The notes under the pieces: model-generated
Seen by the model: the letters and a program-made list of their open reading frames with translations, nothing else
Databases searched by the model: none
What the model was told of the DNA's origin: nothing
Made by a program: the position numbers and the translations under genes
DNA from: Eledone cirrhosa
Taxonomy: Eukaryota
Reading direction: 5' to 3'
Assembly: GCA_964016885.1 (NCBI GenBank)
Contig: OZ024746.1
Location: forward strand, 16,244,001-16,308,000
DNA length: 64,000 bases
In this document: positions 1 to 15,450 of the stretch, one piece after another
Position numbering within the stretch: the first letter of the stretch is position 1
Layout of the letters: every line of letters starts with the position of its first letter

Positions 1-43
1 ACATATTGTATAAAGGTAGGCTTGAAACGAAATCCTATTTCTT

Positions 44-95
<52 letters not shown>

Positions 96-192
96 AGTGG
101 TTACCCAACAGTTACGAGAATTGAACTCACAACCTTTCGATTGCAAGCCTATAGCATCAAAATGGAAAAAATATATATAATATATATATATA

Positions 193-305
<113 letters not shown>

Positions 306-321
306 TGTATATATGTATATG

Positions 322-752
<431 letters not shown>

Positions 753-889
753 ATTATGTATAATGAATAATCTATAATATATATATATGTAATACATATA
801 TAAATAATAGTCTATCCAAGGAAAACTTGAACCGTTAAGGTATATTTTCCTTGGTTATGTGAAAATTTATAAAACACACTTCGTATATA

Positions 890-1082
890 ATAATAATGAA
901 AATATTGTGTTCAGTGCTCAGGTGCACTACAACTCATCAAAAAGTGTATGTATACTACATAGGGTAATGTACAAACGTCAGGAAAATGAACAGTGCATGA
1001 GTCATGATATACAGATGTGTGCATGTGTATGGAAGGGGTACATCAGGTGTAGTTTTGGCGAATTTCGGGAAGCATGAGGGTT
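890..1082 (-). mobile_element. Unclassified interspersed repeat (opposite-orientation copy at ~10740-10935)
   Basis: cagtgctcaggtgcactaca...ctcatcaaa here is the reverse complement of tttgatgaggtgtagtgcacctgagcactg at ~10880; similarity extends ~190 bp. Confidence 0.65.
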
Positions 1083-1178
1083 CTATTCTGTTGATAGTGT
1101 ACCAAAATGTTGGCACCCTTGAAATATATATAATAGAATAAATAGGGTTTATAAATATAGTTTCCATTTATTTAATAT

Positions 1179-1216
<38 letters not shown>

Positions 1217-1426
1217 TTTATATATATATATGTATTATATATCTGTATTATATATATATGTATATATATATATAATACAGATATATATAACATAAGTATA
1301 ACACCAAAGTATAACAATATCGGTTTCAACACACGATTTATGATAAAGAATCTTGCTAAACAAATTCAGAAACGAAATATTATATATATATATTATATAT
1401 AATGTATATATATATGTGTATTACAG

Positions 1427-1478
<52 letters not shown>

Positions 1479-1839
1479 TAATAATAAATTTGAAGACTAA
1501 AATCCAAAGAGGGCTCGATAAGGATAAATATATATCAAATATATAAGAACCCTAGAGCAAATATTTATTAAAATAACAGATTAAAGTTTAAGCAAAGAAT
1601 CGCTGCTTTCACCCTTAACCGGATCTTAGCAGCGATTCTTTGCTTAAACTTTAATCTGTTATTTTAATAAATATATATATATATATATACATGTAAAGTT
1701 ATATTTAAAATTGTTGGGTTACAACTAGTAAATATTTATAACTGATATAAAAGCACTCGACAAATATTTGGAGTATATTTACAATATTATATATATATAT
1801 ATATATATTATATATAATGTATATATATGTGTATTACAG

Positions 1840-1878
<39 letters not shown>

Positions 1879-1937
1879 ATGTATATATATGTGTATTACA
1901 GATATATAATATATATATATATATATATATAATATAT

Positions 1938-2060
1938 AATTGTTTCTACTTTTGGCACAAGGCCAGCAACTACCAAGTACATTACTGGTACTTTATTTTA
2001 TCGACCCCGTAAGGATGAAAGGCAAAGTTGACCTCGGTGGGATTTGAACTCAGAATGGCA
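1938..2060 (-). mobile_element. SINE family B, 3' part
   Basis: Reverse complement of GAGTTCAAATCC...GCCTTTCATCCTTACGGGGTCGATAAAATAAAGTACC...AGTAGAAACAATT. Confidence 0.85.
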
Positions 2061-2473
2061 ATATATATATGTGTATTGCAGATATATATATATATATATA
2101 TATAATATACATATTATATATATATAATATATATATAATATATATATAATATATATATCATATATATGTAATATATATGATATATATATATATTATATAT
2201 ATGTATTATATAATATATATATCATATATATATATAATATATTATATATATATATATTATATATATTATATATATGTATTATATATATGTATTATATATA
2301 TATATAATATATATATATATTATATATATATATTATATATATGTATTATATAATATATATGTCATATATATATAATATATATTATATATATATATATTAT
2401 ATATATTATATATATGTATTATATATATGTATTATATATATATAATATATATATATATTATATATATAAAGGA

Positions 2474-2583
2474 TCAAATCCCACCGAGGTCAACTTTGCC
2501 TTTCATCCTTACGGGGTCGATAAAATAAAGTACCAGTAATGTACTTGGTAGTTGCTGGCCTTGTGCCTAAAGTAGAAACAATT
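2474..2583 (+). mobile_element. SINE family B, 3' part (inverted duplicate of 1938-2047)
   Basis: Same motifs; shares private variants with the 1938 copy. Confidence 0.85.
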
Positions 2584-2595
2584 ATATATATAAAG

Positions 2596-2814
2596 GATCG
2601 ATTGACTTTCATCAAATCGGACCGAGGGAACAATGTTTCCGTTGGTCTTTCCAGTTGCTAATACTATCTATCGGTCGCAACTCCAGGTAGAAGGAGCAAC
2701 GTGAAATAAAGTGTCTTGCTCAAGGACATAACGCATCGCCTGGTCCAGGAATCGAACTCACAACCTCAAGATTGTGAATCCAGTTCTTTAACCACTCAGC
2801 CACATACCTTCACT
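2596..2814 (-). mobile_element. CORE-like SINE family A2 (second copy 33008-33195, +)
   Basis: A box TGGCTGAGTGG, B box GAGTTCGATTCC, CTTGAGCAAGACACTTTATTTCAC core, tail different from family A. Confidence 0.75.
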
Positions 2815-2933
2815 GTATTATATACAGTGAAGGAAGGCGTAAGCCAAGATTTATATATATAATCCAAAACTTACTAGTAAGGAAATCAGACATTAAATGA
2901 TGATGATATACATACACACATGCAAACACATGC

Positions 2934-3137
<204 letters not shown>

Positions 3138-3138
3138 C

Positions 3139-3218
<80 letters not shown>

Positions 3219-3279
3219 CATACATACAGGCAGACATAGATAAATTCAACATATATGTATATATATATGCATATATATA

Positions 3280-3323
<44 letters not shown>

Positions 3324-3535
3324 TATATAAATTTGTATATATATGTATCTATGTGTATGTATAATATATGTATGAATATATATGTATGTTTGTATGTATA
3401 TATATTTATGTGTATGTATATATATGTATATATTTACATATATGTATATATTTATATGTATATATATATGTGTATGTATATATGTATATATATATATATA
3501 TATAATTAATACTATATATATATATATATAATTAA

Positions 3536-3603
<68 letters not shown>

Positions 3604-3909
3604 GTATGTATATACGTATGTATGTATGATGATGAAGTATATATATATACATATATATGTATATACAAAAATACCATAGAATGATACATACATGCATAAG
3701 TGGGTGTGTGGGTGGATGTATGTATTTGTGTGTGTGTATGTATATATAATTATGTATGTGTGTATATATGTTGCAATGAATGTTAAGTATAAATACCTCA
3801 CCATGTGTGTATACACCTGTTTCATTAATGTGTGTATACACACCTGTTGTATGTGTGTGTAAGTAATGTTTGTGGAAAAGTCAGAGTTTAGAATTTTTGG
3901 TAAATTGGT

Positions 3910-5190
3910 AGTGGTGGTGGTGGTGGTGGTGTTGGTTGTGGTGGTTATGACAGTGGTGGTGGTGGTGGTATGGTGGTTGTGACAGTGGTGGTGGTGGTGG
4001 TGTTGATGGTTGTGGTGGTTATGACAGTGGTGGTGGTGGTGGTATGGTGGTTGTGACAGTGGTGGTGGTGGTGGTGTTGATGGTTGTGGTGGTTATGACA
4101 GTGGTGGTGGTGGTGGTATGGTGGTTGTGACAGTGGTGGTGGTGTTGATGGTTGTGGTGGTTATGACAGTGGTGGTGGTGGTGGTATGGTGGTTGTGACA
4201 GTGGTGGTGGTGGTGGTGTTGATGGTTGTGGTGGTTATGACAGTGGTGGTGGTGGTGGTATGGTGGTTGTGACAGTGGTGGTAGTGGTGGTTATGACAGT
4301 GGTGGTGGTATGGTGGTATGGTGGCTGTGACAGTGGTGGTATGGTGGTTGTAATAGTGGTGGTGATGGTATGGTGGTTGTGACAGTGGTGGTTGTGGTGG
4401 TGTTATGGTGGTATGGTGGTTGTGACAGTGGTGGTGGTGGTGGTGGTGGAATGGTGGTTGTGACAGTGGTGGTGGTGGTGGAATGGTGGTTGTGACAGTG
4501 GTGGTGATATGGTGGTATGGTGGTTGTGACAGTGGTGGTGGTGGTATGGTGGTTATGACAGTGGTGGCGGTGGTATGGTGGTTGTAACAGTGGTGGTGGT
4601 ATGGTGGTTGTGACAGTGGTGGTGGTATGGTGGTTGTGACAGTGGTGGGGGTATGGTGGTTGTGACAGTGGTGGGGGTATGGTGGTTGTGACAGTGGTGG
4701 TGGTATGGTGGTTGTGGCAGTGGTGGGGGTATGGTTGTTATGACAGTGGTGGCGGTGGTATGGTGGTTGTGACAGTGGTGGTGGTATGGTGGTTGTGACA
4801 GTGGTGGGGGTATGGTGGTTGTAACAGTGGTGGTGGTATGATGGTTGTGACAGTGGTGGTGGTATGGTGGTTGTGACAGTGGTGGGGGTATGGTTGTTAT
4901 GACAGTGGGGGCGGTAGTATGGTGGTTGTGACAGTGGTGGTGGTATGGTGGTTGTGACAGTGGTGGTGATGGTATGGTGGCTGTGACAGTGGTGGTGGTA
5001 TGCTTGTGGTGGTTATGACAGTGGTGGTGGTGGTGATATGGTGGTATGGTGGTTGTAATAGTGGTTATGACAGTGGTGGTGGTGGTGGTGGTGGTATGGT
5101 GGTTATGACAGTGGTGGTGGTAGTGGTCATCGTGGTTATGTCTTTAATGATAATGGTATTGGTGATAGTAGGGTGGTGGTGGTGGTAGGG
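3910..5190. repeat. (GGT)n-based compound minisatellite
   Basis: Recurrent GACAGTGGT(GGT)nATGGTGGTTGT unit. Confidence 0.9.
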
Positions 5191-5517
5191 GGAGATGCTA
5201 GTGATGGGTAACACCCCCCTCCCCCTCAACACCCACCACCCTCCATTCTTTTATTATATTGAAGTTTGATGTTGATGTTCTCTTATTGTTAATTTAATAT
5301 TGGAAAATTCTCGATGTTTTAGAAGGAAGTGTGTGTGTGTGTGCATGTGTGTGTGTGTGTGTGCATGTGTGTGTGTGTGTGTGCATGTGTGTGTGTGTGT
5401 GTGTGCATGTGTGTGTGTGTGTGCATGTGTGTGTGTGTGTGTGTGCATGTGTGTATGCATGTGTGTATATGTGTGTGTGTATTTGTACATATGTACAAGT
5501 TTGTGTGAGTGAGTGTT

Positions 5518-5560
<43 letters not shown>

Positions 5561-5811
5561 ATGTGTGTGTGTGCATGTGTGTATATGGGTGTGTGTATTT
5601 GTACATATGTACAAGTTTGTGTGTGAGTGAGTGTTTATATGTGTGTGTGTGTGTGTGTGTGAATGTGTGTGTGTGAATGTGTGTTGTCCATGTGTACAAG
5701 TTTGTGTGTGCTTGTGTATCCATTACTCTATTATGTGTTCCAGCCGAACGTCTGAGGCCATGCTGGGGCACTGCCATCTATGTATGTCTGTGTGTTTGTC
5801 CATGTATAAAA

Positions 5812-5873
<62 letters not shown>

Positions 5874-5946
5874 GTATATGTATATATATATATATATACA
5901 TGTGTATATGTATGTATACCTGTATGTCTGTGTAAGTGTATCTGTA

Positions 5947-5985
<39 letters not shown>

Positions 5986-7463
5986 TGTGTGTGGATGTGT
6001 GTGTGAGTGTGTGTAGTTGTGTAAGGAAGATAGAGAGTATATGTATGTAAGTGTGCACATGTGTGTGCGTATATGCATTTGAGTGTACATGTGTGTATCT
6101 GCATGTGATAGTGTGTGTATGGGGTGGGGGGCAATGAAAGCATGGATTGTTGTTATTGTTGTTGTTGTTGTTATTGTTGTTGTAGTTGTTATTGGTGATA
6201 TTGTTGTTATTGTTGTTATTGTTGTTGTTACTGCTGTTGTTGTTATTGCTGTTATTGTTGTTGCTGTTGATGTTGTTGTTATTGCTGATATTGTTGTTAT
6301 TGTTGTGCTGTTGTTATTGTTGTTGTTGTCTTCTGACAATTAATATAAAAAAACTAAAGACTGATTTCTTCCTTCTACTTATTGTTGATGGTGTGTGTGT
6401 GTGTCTGTGTGTGTGTTTCTGTCTGTGTGTGTATGTTTGTCTCTATGTGTGTCTGTCTGTGTGTGTGTCTGTCTGTGTATGTGTGTGTGTGTCTGTGTGT
6501 GTGTGTGTCTGTCTATGTGTGTGTGTTTGTGTGTGTGTGTCTGTCTATGTGTGTATGCCTGTGTGTGTGTATGTGTGTGTGTGTGTCTGTCTATGTGTGT
6601 GTGTCTGTGTGTGTGTCTGTGCGTGTGTGTCTGTCTATGTGTGTATGTCTGTCTCTATGTGTGTATGCCTGTCTCTATGTGTGTATGTCTGTCTCTATGT
6701 GTGTATGTCTGTGCCTGTCTGTGTGTGTGTGTGTGTATGTCTGTCTCTATGTGTGTATGCCTGTCTCTATGTGTGTGTGTCTGTCTCTATGTGTGTATGT
6801 CTGTGCCTGTCTGTGTGTGTGTGTCTGTCTCTATGTATGTGTGTCTGTCTCTATGTGTGTATGTCTGTGTGTCTATTGTTTTTCTTGCTTTCATTACTGG
6901 CCCTTGATTTCATCATAATCACCATTATCATGTGTGTGTATGTGTACATATGTCTGTGAGTGTGTGTGTATATGTGTGGACTTGTGTCTCTATATGTATG
7001 TGTACGTTTGTTGGTATGAGTATGTATATATGTGTATGTAAGGGTGTGTATATGTATGCGAGTGTATACATTTGTGTGTGTGCGTGTGTATGTGTCCGTG
7101 AGTGTGTGTATATGTGTGTATTTGATGTGTTTGAGAATGTGTGTGTGTATGTGTCTGTGAGTGTGTGTATATGTGTGTATTTGATGTGTTTGAGAATGTG
7201 TGTGTATGTGTCTGTGAGTGTGTGTATATGTGTGTATTTGATGTGTTTGAGAATGTGTGTGTATGTGTCTGTGAGTGTGTGTATATGTGTGTATTTGATG
7301 TGTTTGAGAATGTGTGTGTATGTGTCTGTGAGTGTGTGTATATGTGTGTATTTGATGTGTTTGAGAATGTGTGTGTGTGTTCAATTCATTACTTTCAATT
7401 CCTCCTCTGATTTTAAGCATCCCCCCCCCCACCACTATCATCATCGATAATTATATGTATGTG

Positions 7464-7502
<39 letters not shown>

Positions 7503-7926
7503 GTATGTATGTATATATATATGTATATATATATACATGTATATATATATATAGAAATATCTCTATATATATAGAAATATATATATATATATATATAAAT
7601 AAATATATATATGTATGCGTGTATATATATATATATGTGTGTATATATATATGTGTGTGTGTGTATATATGTATTGTAGAGTGCCTTATACCATATATTT
7701 TAATCATTCCAACGCAAGTGTTGTTTATAACACAGACGAGATCAAGGGGAGAGAAACCTAATAGAAAAAAAAAATTATATTTGAAAAAAATGAATAATTA
7801 AATAAATATTTATATATAAATAATGAATATATATATATATATATGTATATATATATGTATGTATATATATGTATATGTATATATATGTATGTATATGTAT
7901 ATATATGTATATATATATACATATAC

Positions 7927-7958
<32 letters not shown>

Positions 7959-7975
7959 AGGCATATATATATATG

Positions 7976-8007
<32 letters not shown>

Positions 8008-8016
8008 TATGATATA

Positions 8017-8073
<57 letters not shown>

Positions 8074-8719
8074 TAACTAAACAACCTAAAAAACATGATG
8101 ATGATGGTGGTAATGGTAGTTATAGTGGTGGTGGTATTGGTGGTGGTGGTAGTGATGATGAGGGTATTATGGCTTCATGAAAAACCATTTCACTAATGCT
8201 ACCATGGGAAAGTGGACTGGCAAAATTGATTGTAAATTATTCAAAATGCCATTGTGGTATTTGTTCTGGCTCTTTATAGTCTGAATTTAATTCTCATCAA
8301 AGTCGACTTCACCACTCTTCCTTCTGGAGGTCAATAAGATATAGTACCAGTCAAATACTGGAGTTGATTTAATCAAGTTTGGCCTTTTACACACACACCC
8401 CAAATATTTGCTGGCCTTATGTAAAAATTTGAAACTATTATCCCCATCAAATGTGTTTTATTGTGAAAGCAGAATATATCTGGTTTATCAACCGACTGTG
8501 ACTTGTTGCAGTTTACCTTTAATAAAGAAAGGTCCTTTGTTATTTGTTGAGGTAATATCTCACTGGGCTTCTTTCATAATACTAGCTTCCATATTTTCAC
8601 TCCAACCAGCTCTAGCAATAATTAGGCCACCTACCTGACAGAAACTACCTGGGGAACTATTTAAAGAATTTACGGACTTTCTTTTATGTTGTTCCTATTG
8701 ATTACTCCCATCAATCTAA

Positions 8720-9235
8720 TGTCTCACCTGAGCTCTTTTGTACCTGTCATTTGATGTTGTTACTACTAACAATTTCTCCTAAGACACTTCTAGCTCACTG
8801 GAGCTCCAGCTTACCTATCCTTTGATGATACTTCTACTATGACTGATCCTAAGACACTTCTATCTCCCCTGAGCTCCAGCTTACCTGTCATTTGATGGTG
8901 CTTCTGAGATACTTTTTAATCTCACCTGAGCTCCTTCTTACCTGTCATTTGCTATTCCTACTAATGACTGTTCCTTAGACACTTCTATGCCACCTGAGCT
9001 CCAGCTTAACCTTCCCGGGACCCATATTTCGTCCTTTAACAACAGGACAGTCCTTTAGAAACAGTGCGTGTTTCAGGACAGAGCAGTCCTTTATGGACAG
9101 AGCAGCTGTCTTTAGAACAGAACAGCCCTTTAGGGTTAGAACAGTCCTTTAGGTACAGGACAGTCTTTTAGAGTCAGGAGAGTCCTTTATAGACAGTGCC
9201 ATCCTTTGTGGTGAGAGCAGTCCTTAAAGGATAGA
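8720..9235. repeat. Two adjacent diverged minisatellites (~60-75 bp and ~23 bp units)
   Basis: CACCTGAGCTCCAGCTTACCTGTCATTTG ~5x, then GGACAGAGCAGTCCTTTA-like ~8x. Confidence 0.7.
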
Positions 9236-9547
9236 GATATTTAGTGAAGATAAAGCAAGTATACTGCTATAAATCTCTCACAGACTAATAATCTTCAGTA
9301 AGTGCTACCTGGCACACTTTATGTTGTTATGTCCTGTGGAATTAAATAATTATTCTCTCTCAGTACCGCAGCAACATGCTAGCCTTGTAATTCATTTAGC
9401 TTTGAGCAGATTTGTTAGAAGAATTGTGAGAATTAAAATAAAAACAATGTAAGTTAAGAAATCATCTATATATTTAGATTTATGAAAAATTGTCTTCAGA
9501 CTATATTTACCTTAATAAATAATTAGTTTCCATTATGTACCCTATAG

Positions 9548-9733
9548 GGCGGTGGATTGGCAGTATCGGTAGAGGGTCGGACGCCATGCTTTGACGCATA
9601 GAGTTACGGCCCTTGCCATTCTGAGTTCAAATCCCGCCGAGGTTGACTTTGCCTTTCATCCTTACGGGGTCGATAAAATAAAGTACCAATAATACACTGG
9701 GTAATTGCTGGCCTTGTGCCAAAAGTAGAAACA
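9548..9733 (+). mobile_element. Full-length SINE family B (Meta-domain-like) with 16-bp TSD
   Basis: A/B boxes; central GCCTTTCATCCTTACGGGGTCGATAAAAT; TSD ATTATGTACCCTATAG at 9532-9547 and 9734-9749. Confidence 0.9.
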
Positions 9734-10469
9734 ATTATGTACCCTATAGCTACTTCTATACCATACTGATGTGATGATGATGATGGGTATACCTAGATTA
9801 ATCCTGTATTAACAATACATTAACTAACACATGTATGGAATTTGTCTCAATTCACTTATTAAACTTAAATTAAATATATATCAAATATACAAACTTATAA
9901 TCAAGACTATATAGTACAAAAATATGAATATATGTGTGTGTGTGTGTGTGCATGTATATATAAATATATATATATATGTGTGTGTGTGTGTGTATATATG
10001 TGTGTGTGTATATGTGTGTGTGTATATATGTGTGTGTGTGTGTATATATATGTGTGTGTGTGTGTATATATGTGTGTGTATATATATATATATGTGTGTG
10101 TGTGTGTTAAAATAATTACATGATTGAACTAGGGTCTTTATTATCATTGACAACCTCAATACCTGCTGATTTCTTTTCACTGAACAAATTAAGTTTACGT
10201 ATGTCACGTCATATTCTAATCATCATTACCCTCCTCCCCCTCCTCCTCATCATCATCATCATCATCATTATTACAACCATCATTATCACCCTCACCATCA
10301 CCGCTACACCATCATCATCATCTTCCTCATCATTTAACATCGATTTTCCAAAACTAAAAACACACACACAAGCCTTGTGAAACATATATGTGGGAATTTG
10401 TTGGACATTTTCAGTAAGTATTGATCCTGAAATCAGTGTACACTTCGATTGTTTTACATTAAAACTCTT

Positions 10470-10700
10470 AAATACCACTACATTAAACCATTTAACACTG
10501 CCTTAAACCACTTAAATAACACTGCCTTAAACCATTTAACACTACCTTAAACCACTTAAATAACACTGCAATAAACCACTGAAATAACACTGCCTTAAAC
10601 CACTTAAATAAAACTGCAATAAACCACTGAAATAACACTGCCTTAAAGCACTTAACACTGCAATGAATCACTTAAATAACACTGCATTAAACCACTTAAC
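10470..10700. repeat. ~24-bp minisatellite
   Basis: TAACACTGCCTTAAACCACTTAAA units. Confidence 0.85.
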
Positions 10701-11320
10701 TACCTGCATCAGTTATTAGCTGTCGAGACACTGCATCCTTTAAAACCTCCATGCTTCCTGAGATTCGCCAACACTACACCTAATATTCCCCCTCCATACA
10801 CACGCACACATGTATATCATGATTCATACACTATTCACTTCCCTGGCATTTGTATATTCTAAGTACTATATATGCACATTTGATGAGGTGTAGTGCACCT
10901 GAGCACTGTACACAATAATTTCATTATTATATTATTATTAACACTGCATTAAATCACTTAAATAAGACTGCATAGAAGCACTTCTGAAACACTTCTGGAA
11001 GCTTTGAAATGTTTCAACATTTGCCACATATCAACAATGGCAGTGAGTTGGCAGAGTTGTTAGAACATTGGCTAGAATACTTTGTGCTATTCAGTTCACC
11101 TCTCTACTTTCTGAGTTCAAATCCTGCCGAGGTCGATAAAATAAATGTACCAGTCAAATGCTGGATTGATTCTTCCTCTGTATCTCTTTCTCACTTCCAT
11201 TCTCTCACTTTCTCTAGCTTTTTCTGGAAGAAGCCTGGAGAGGAAATGGGCTCCACAAGGCTTTAAAAAATGCCCAAGAAACACCACATGTCAATACTGT
11301 GCCATACTATACCATACATA

Positions 11321-11551
11321 TCAACACCTTGTCTCTGAATTAGCCATAAGTGGCCTTAACTGTTCCTTTTCTTCTTTAATGTCATAAATATTTAAAGATC
11401 CAATGTTATATACATGCATGATACTGTTCCAATTGTCACTTGTTTTCGAATGGTGTATTATTTCTTCAATTTTCTGGTACAGTGTTAGGGCTTCATGCTT
11501 TCTTTTCACACATTTGTTAACTTGGTGGCTCTTGTTAACATTGAAAGCCAT
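11321..11551 (-). mobile_element. Degenerate Tigger/pogo (CENP-B-type HTH) transposase N-terminus
   Basis: KRKHEALTLYQKIEEII...YNIGSLNIYDIKEEKEQL resembles the KRKH-x-L-x-L-x-QK...YG(I/V)G-x-x-TIYDIKK start of Tigger/Jerky-type transposases. Confidence 0.65.
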
Positions 11552-12946
11552 TTACATTAATGGGTATACAACATCTAAATAGTTAAAGGTAGATATAAAA
11601 CATTTAGGGACTGACAACTGTGCTTTTTTCATCTTGGATGTAAATGGTGGTTTTAAGAAAAATAATTTGCAAAATAATTTGCAAAAGGAACCTGGCAGTT
11701 GGGTCTGCTGGATATAAATTATTGGAACCTTACTCTAGCAACTTTCAGTAAGTCTTTTAGGGAATAGTTATGAACACAGAATGATTAAGTTTGCTGTGGT
11801 ATCTTAGGACAGTGTCATTTACCAGAGACTAGGGTGAACCCATACCTTGTGAATGAAATAGGATAGACAGATACTATTCTTTGAAGTTTGTCAAATGGAC
11901 TGTACCAGCAATTCAAAAGACCAGCCTTGTCATACCCACTGCATCATACTGAATCTCACCAAGAATTATGTTAATGGTACATGTGTCTGTGGAATGTTCA
12001 GCTACTTACATGTTAATTTCATAAGCAAGCAGTTCTGTTGAAACACTCCCCATCCAAACCATTAAAGGTCCTTTCCAGATGGTAGATGGCTATCTGGAGT
12101 GCTCTCCCCTAAATTCTCTGATAAGCAATATTATTAACACTAGTGAATGTCTAAGTAAATGTAATTTAATTCTAAATATCAGTTAAATATAACTTTCACT
12201 TAAATTTCCATACTTGTTCATTTCAAAAATAATATTTATTTTTATGATCACATTGAAATTTCAAGTTCTGGTAATGGATACATATGTTCTGTACAATAAT
12301 ATATAATAGTTCAAATTTGTGGACCTCATTTTTATAATTTAAATTACAATAATATATCCATTAGTTAGATAAATCACATATAACATATAGCATCTTTAAA
12401 ATTTTATATTTTTACATAATATTTCTAATATATGCATTTATGATCAAATTTAAAGGAAAAAAAGAGTCTGCTTACAAATGAAACATTTGTATGGCACCAT
12501 TACAGAGAAGAAGTTTATAGAATTCTTTAGGAACAAACATTTAATTATTTACTGCAAAAATATTGATTTCTTCCACCAGCAGAAGATCATAAATTTGTAG
12601 CAGAGGTATACATTACCACCACTTTCATTAATCAACACTTGACATATGTAAGTAATGTCAAGCTAAGCAAATGTTAAGATTTTTAACAGAGAACAAAGTC
12701 ACAAAACCAATACTGCTAGATAGATTGTTTTACAGCACCTTCTTTATTACAGACGCAGGAAAGGTCTCTTGTTTAACAAATTGCCATCTTAAACAAAACA
12801 GGTGATTGGCAGATTGATTTGTTAAAGCGCCACAACAGCAGTCATAATGTACTAGGGGAAGGGAGGCATATATGCCTTATACACACATACTTATATGTAC
12901 GTGTATATATATCATCATCATCATTTTACGTCTTTTTCCCTGCTTG

Positions 12947-13052
<106 letters not shown>

Positions 13053-13844
13053 TTATTTATTTATTTATTTATCCATCTATTATTGATGGACGTGAGAAAA
13101 AGCCCCAAAACCGAATTTAAGTTTAAATATACATTCATTATGGCAAAGTAGTGAGCCTTGTTCTTGTTATTCTAGAGTTTCACCTGCACACTCACAGAAT
13201 CCTCTGATGATAATGTGAGTGTGCAGGTTGATTTATTGAGGTGTTTGGATGAGTTTACTATAGTGAGAATAATGTTAGAAAATTTGGTAAAATACCCTTA
13301 GTGATGGAAAGAAGTGCCAGCAGCCACTACAGAGAATCACACTATGTATCTCTAGACTTTCGTTTACCAACACTCATATGATTTTACCAAACAACCATTT
13401 ATAGATTGGAATAAAAACCAAATTATACATTTAGAAAAAAACATGCCATTTATTTTTTTTTAAATCTGATGATATTGAAACTCTGATAACATATTTAGAT
13501 AGATGATATCATTACCATCGTTTTAATGTCCATTTTCCTTGTTAACAAGGGTTCTGAATTGATAGCCTGATAGGCCTATATTCATTTCATGAAAAGAAAA
13601 CCGCCACGACTTCTAAAATACTGACTGAGTAGTGTTTATGTATCATTTTGTGTTAAATTCTCCAATGCCATGCCTCCTTATTTCAGGTGACTAATTAACT
13701 CAGGGAAAAGAGTGGTGGTAGTGTAAATTATTTTTCCTTTTTTTCCATGAAGATTACAAATCTCATGATTGCCACAAAAACAGTATATCATAGTTATGAA
13801 CATTTAGACATGGCTTTTAGCAGCAATAAACTAAAGGTGAATTT

Positions 13845-14085
13845 GATGACAGCTTCACATAACAGGATCACATGATAGTTCCACATAACAGGATCACATG
13901 ATAGTTCCACATAACAGGATCACATGACAGCTTCACATAACAGGATCACATGATAGTTTCACATAACAGGATCACATGATATTTCCACATAACAAGATCA
14001 CATGACAGCTTCACATAACAGGATCACATGATAGTTTCACAAAACAGGATCACATGATAGTTTCACATAACAGGATCACATGACA
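13845..14085. repeat. 26-bp minisatellite, ~9 copies
   Basis: CATGATAGTTCCACATAACAGGATCA. Confidence 0.92.
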
Positions 14086-14511
14086 TAGAATCATAATTGT
14101 GTTGCAGCATTGCATCTCCACCTTAACCCCTAAAATATTCACATAAAATCTCCATCAAGAAAGAAAGAAAAAAAAAACTCTTTGAAAAACAGAGAAAATA
14201 AAAACATAAAATACAAAAAAAAAACTGAATAGCAATATTTCTTTCAAAATGGTGTCTAAACAAAAATTGCTACATGTTCATATATGACTGCACACGCACA
14301 CACACGCACACACACGCACACACATACACACACACACACACACACACGCACACACACGCACACACACGCACACACACACGCACACACATGCACACACACA
14401 CACACACATGCACACACACACACAAACATATATAAATGTATAAACATATATGAATGTATAAAGATAGATATGCCTATATATGAATCTAAATGTGTTTATG
14501 CTTATAAATAT

Positions 14512-14556
<45 letters not shown>

Positions 14557-15048
14557 TATAAATGTGTATATAATACATTCTGAATTTATGAAAGAAATTG
14601 AAAATTTATATCGGCATATTCACCTTATAAGTAGGATACAATTTATACAAGCTTACAGACACACACATACGCATGTACACATACACACACACATATACAC
14701 ATATACACATACACACACACATACACATGTACACATACACACACACATATACACATACACACACACATACACATGTACACATACACACACACATATACAC
14801 ATACACACACACATACACATGTACACATACACACACACATATACACATATACACATACACACACACATACACATGTACACATACACACACACACACAGCC
14901 ATACCCATTTGTGTTATGTCTGTGTCTACATGAGTGCGCATCTGTGTACATGTGTGAACTTGTATACATTTCCAATTTCTTAAAATTTCAGAATGTATTA
15001 CTAATATATACACACAATTTATATATATATATATATATACACACACGG

Positions 15049-15094
<46 letters not shown>

Positions 15095-15185
15095 AGCGTG
15101 GAAAATGGACGTTAAATGATGATTATGATGATATATATATATAATATATACACACATATACAGATATATATACACACATACACAG

Positions 15186-15232
<47 letters not shown>

Positions 15233-15406
15233 CACAGATATACACACAGTTCATACATGTATATACAACTATATAATATACATCATTCATATATTTTGAA
15301 TTGAAATTTTTTTCCTACTCATTCATCATTCTAAATTTTAAGAAATTTTCTTGTTTTTCTCTATAAAGATTCTGAGACTATCTTGCTAATGTATTTTATA
15401 TAGGTT

Positions 15407-15450
<44 letters not shown>

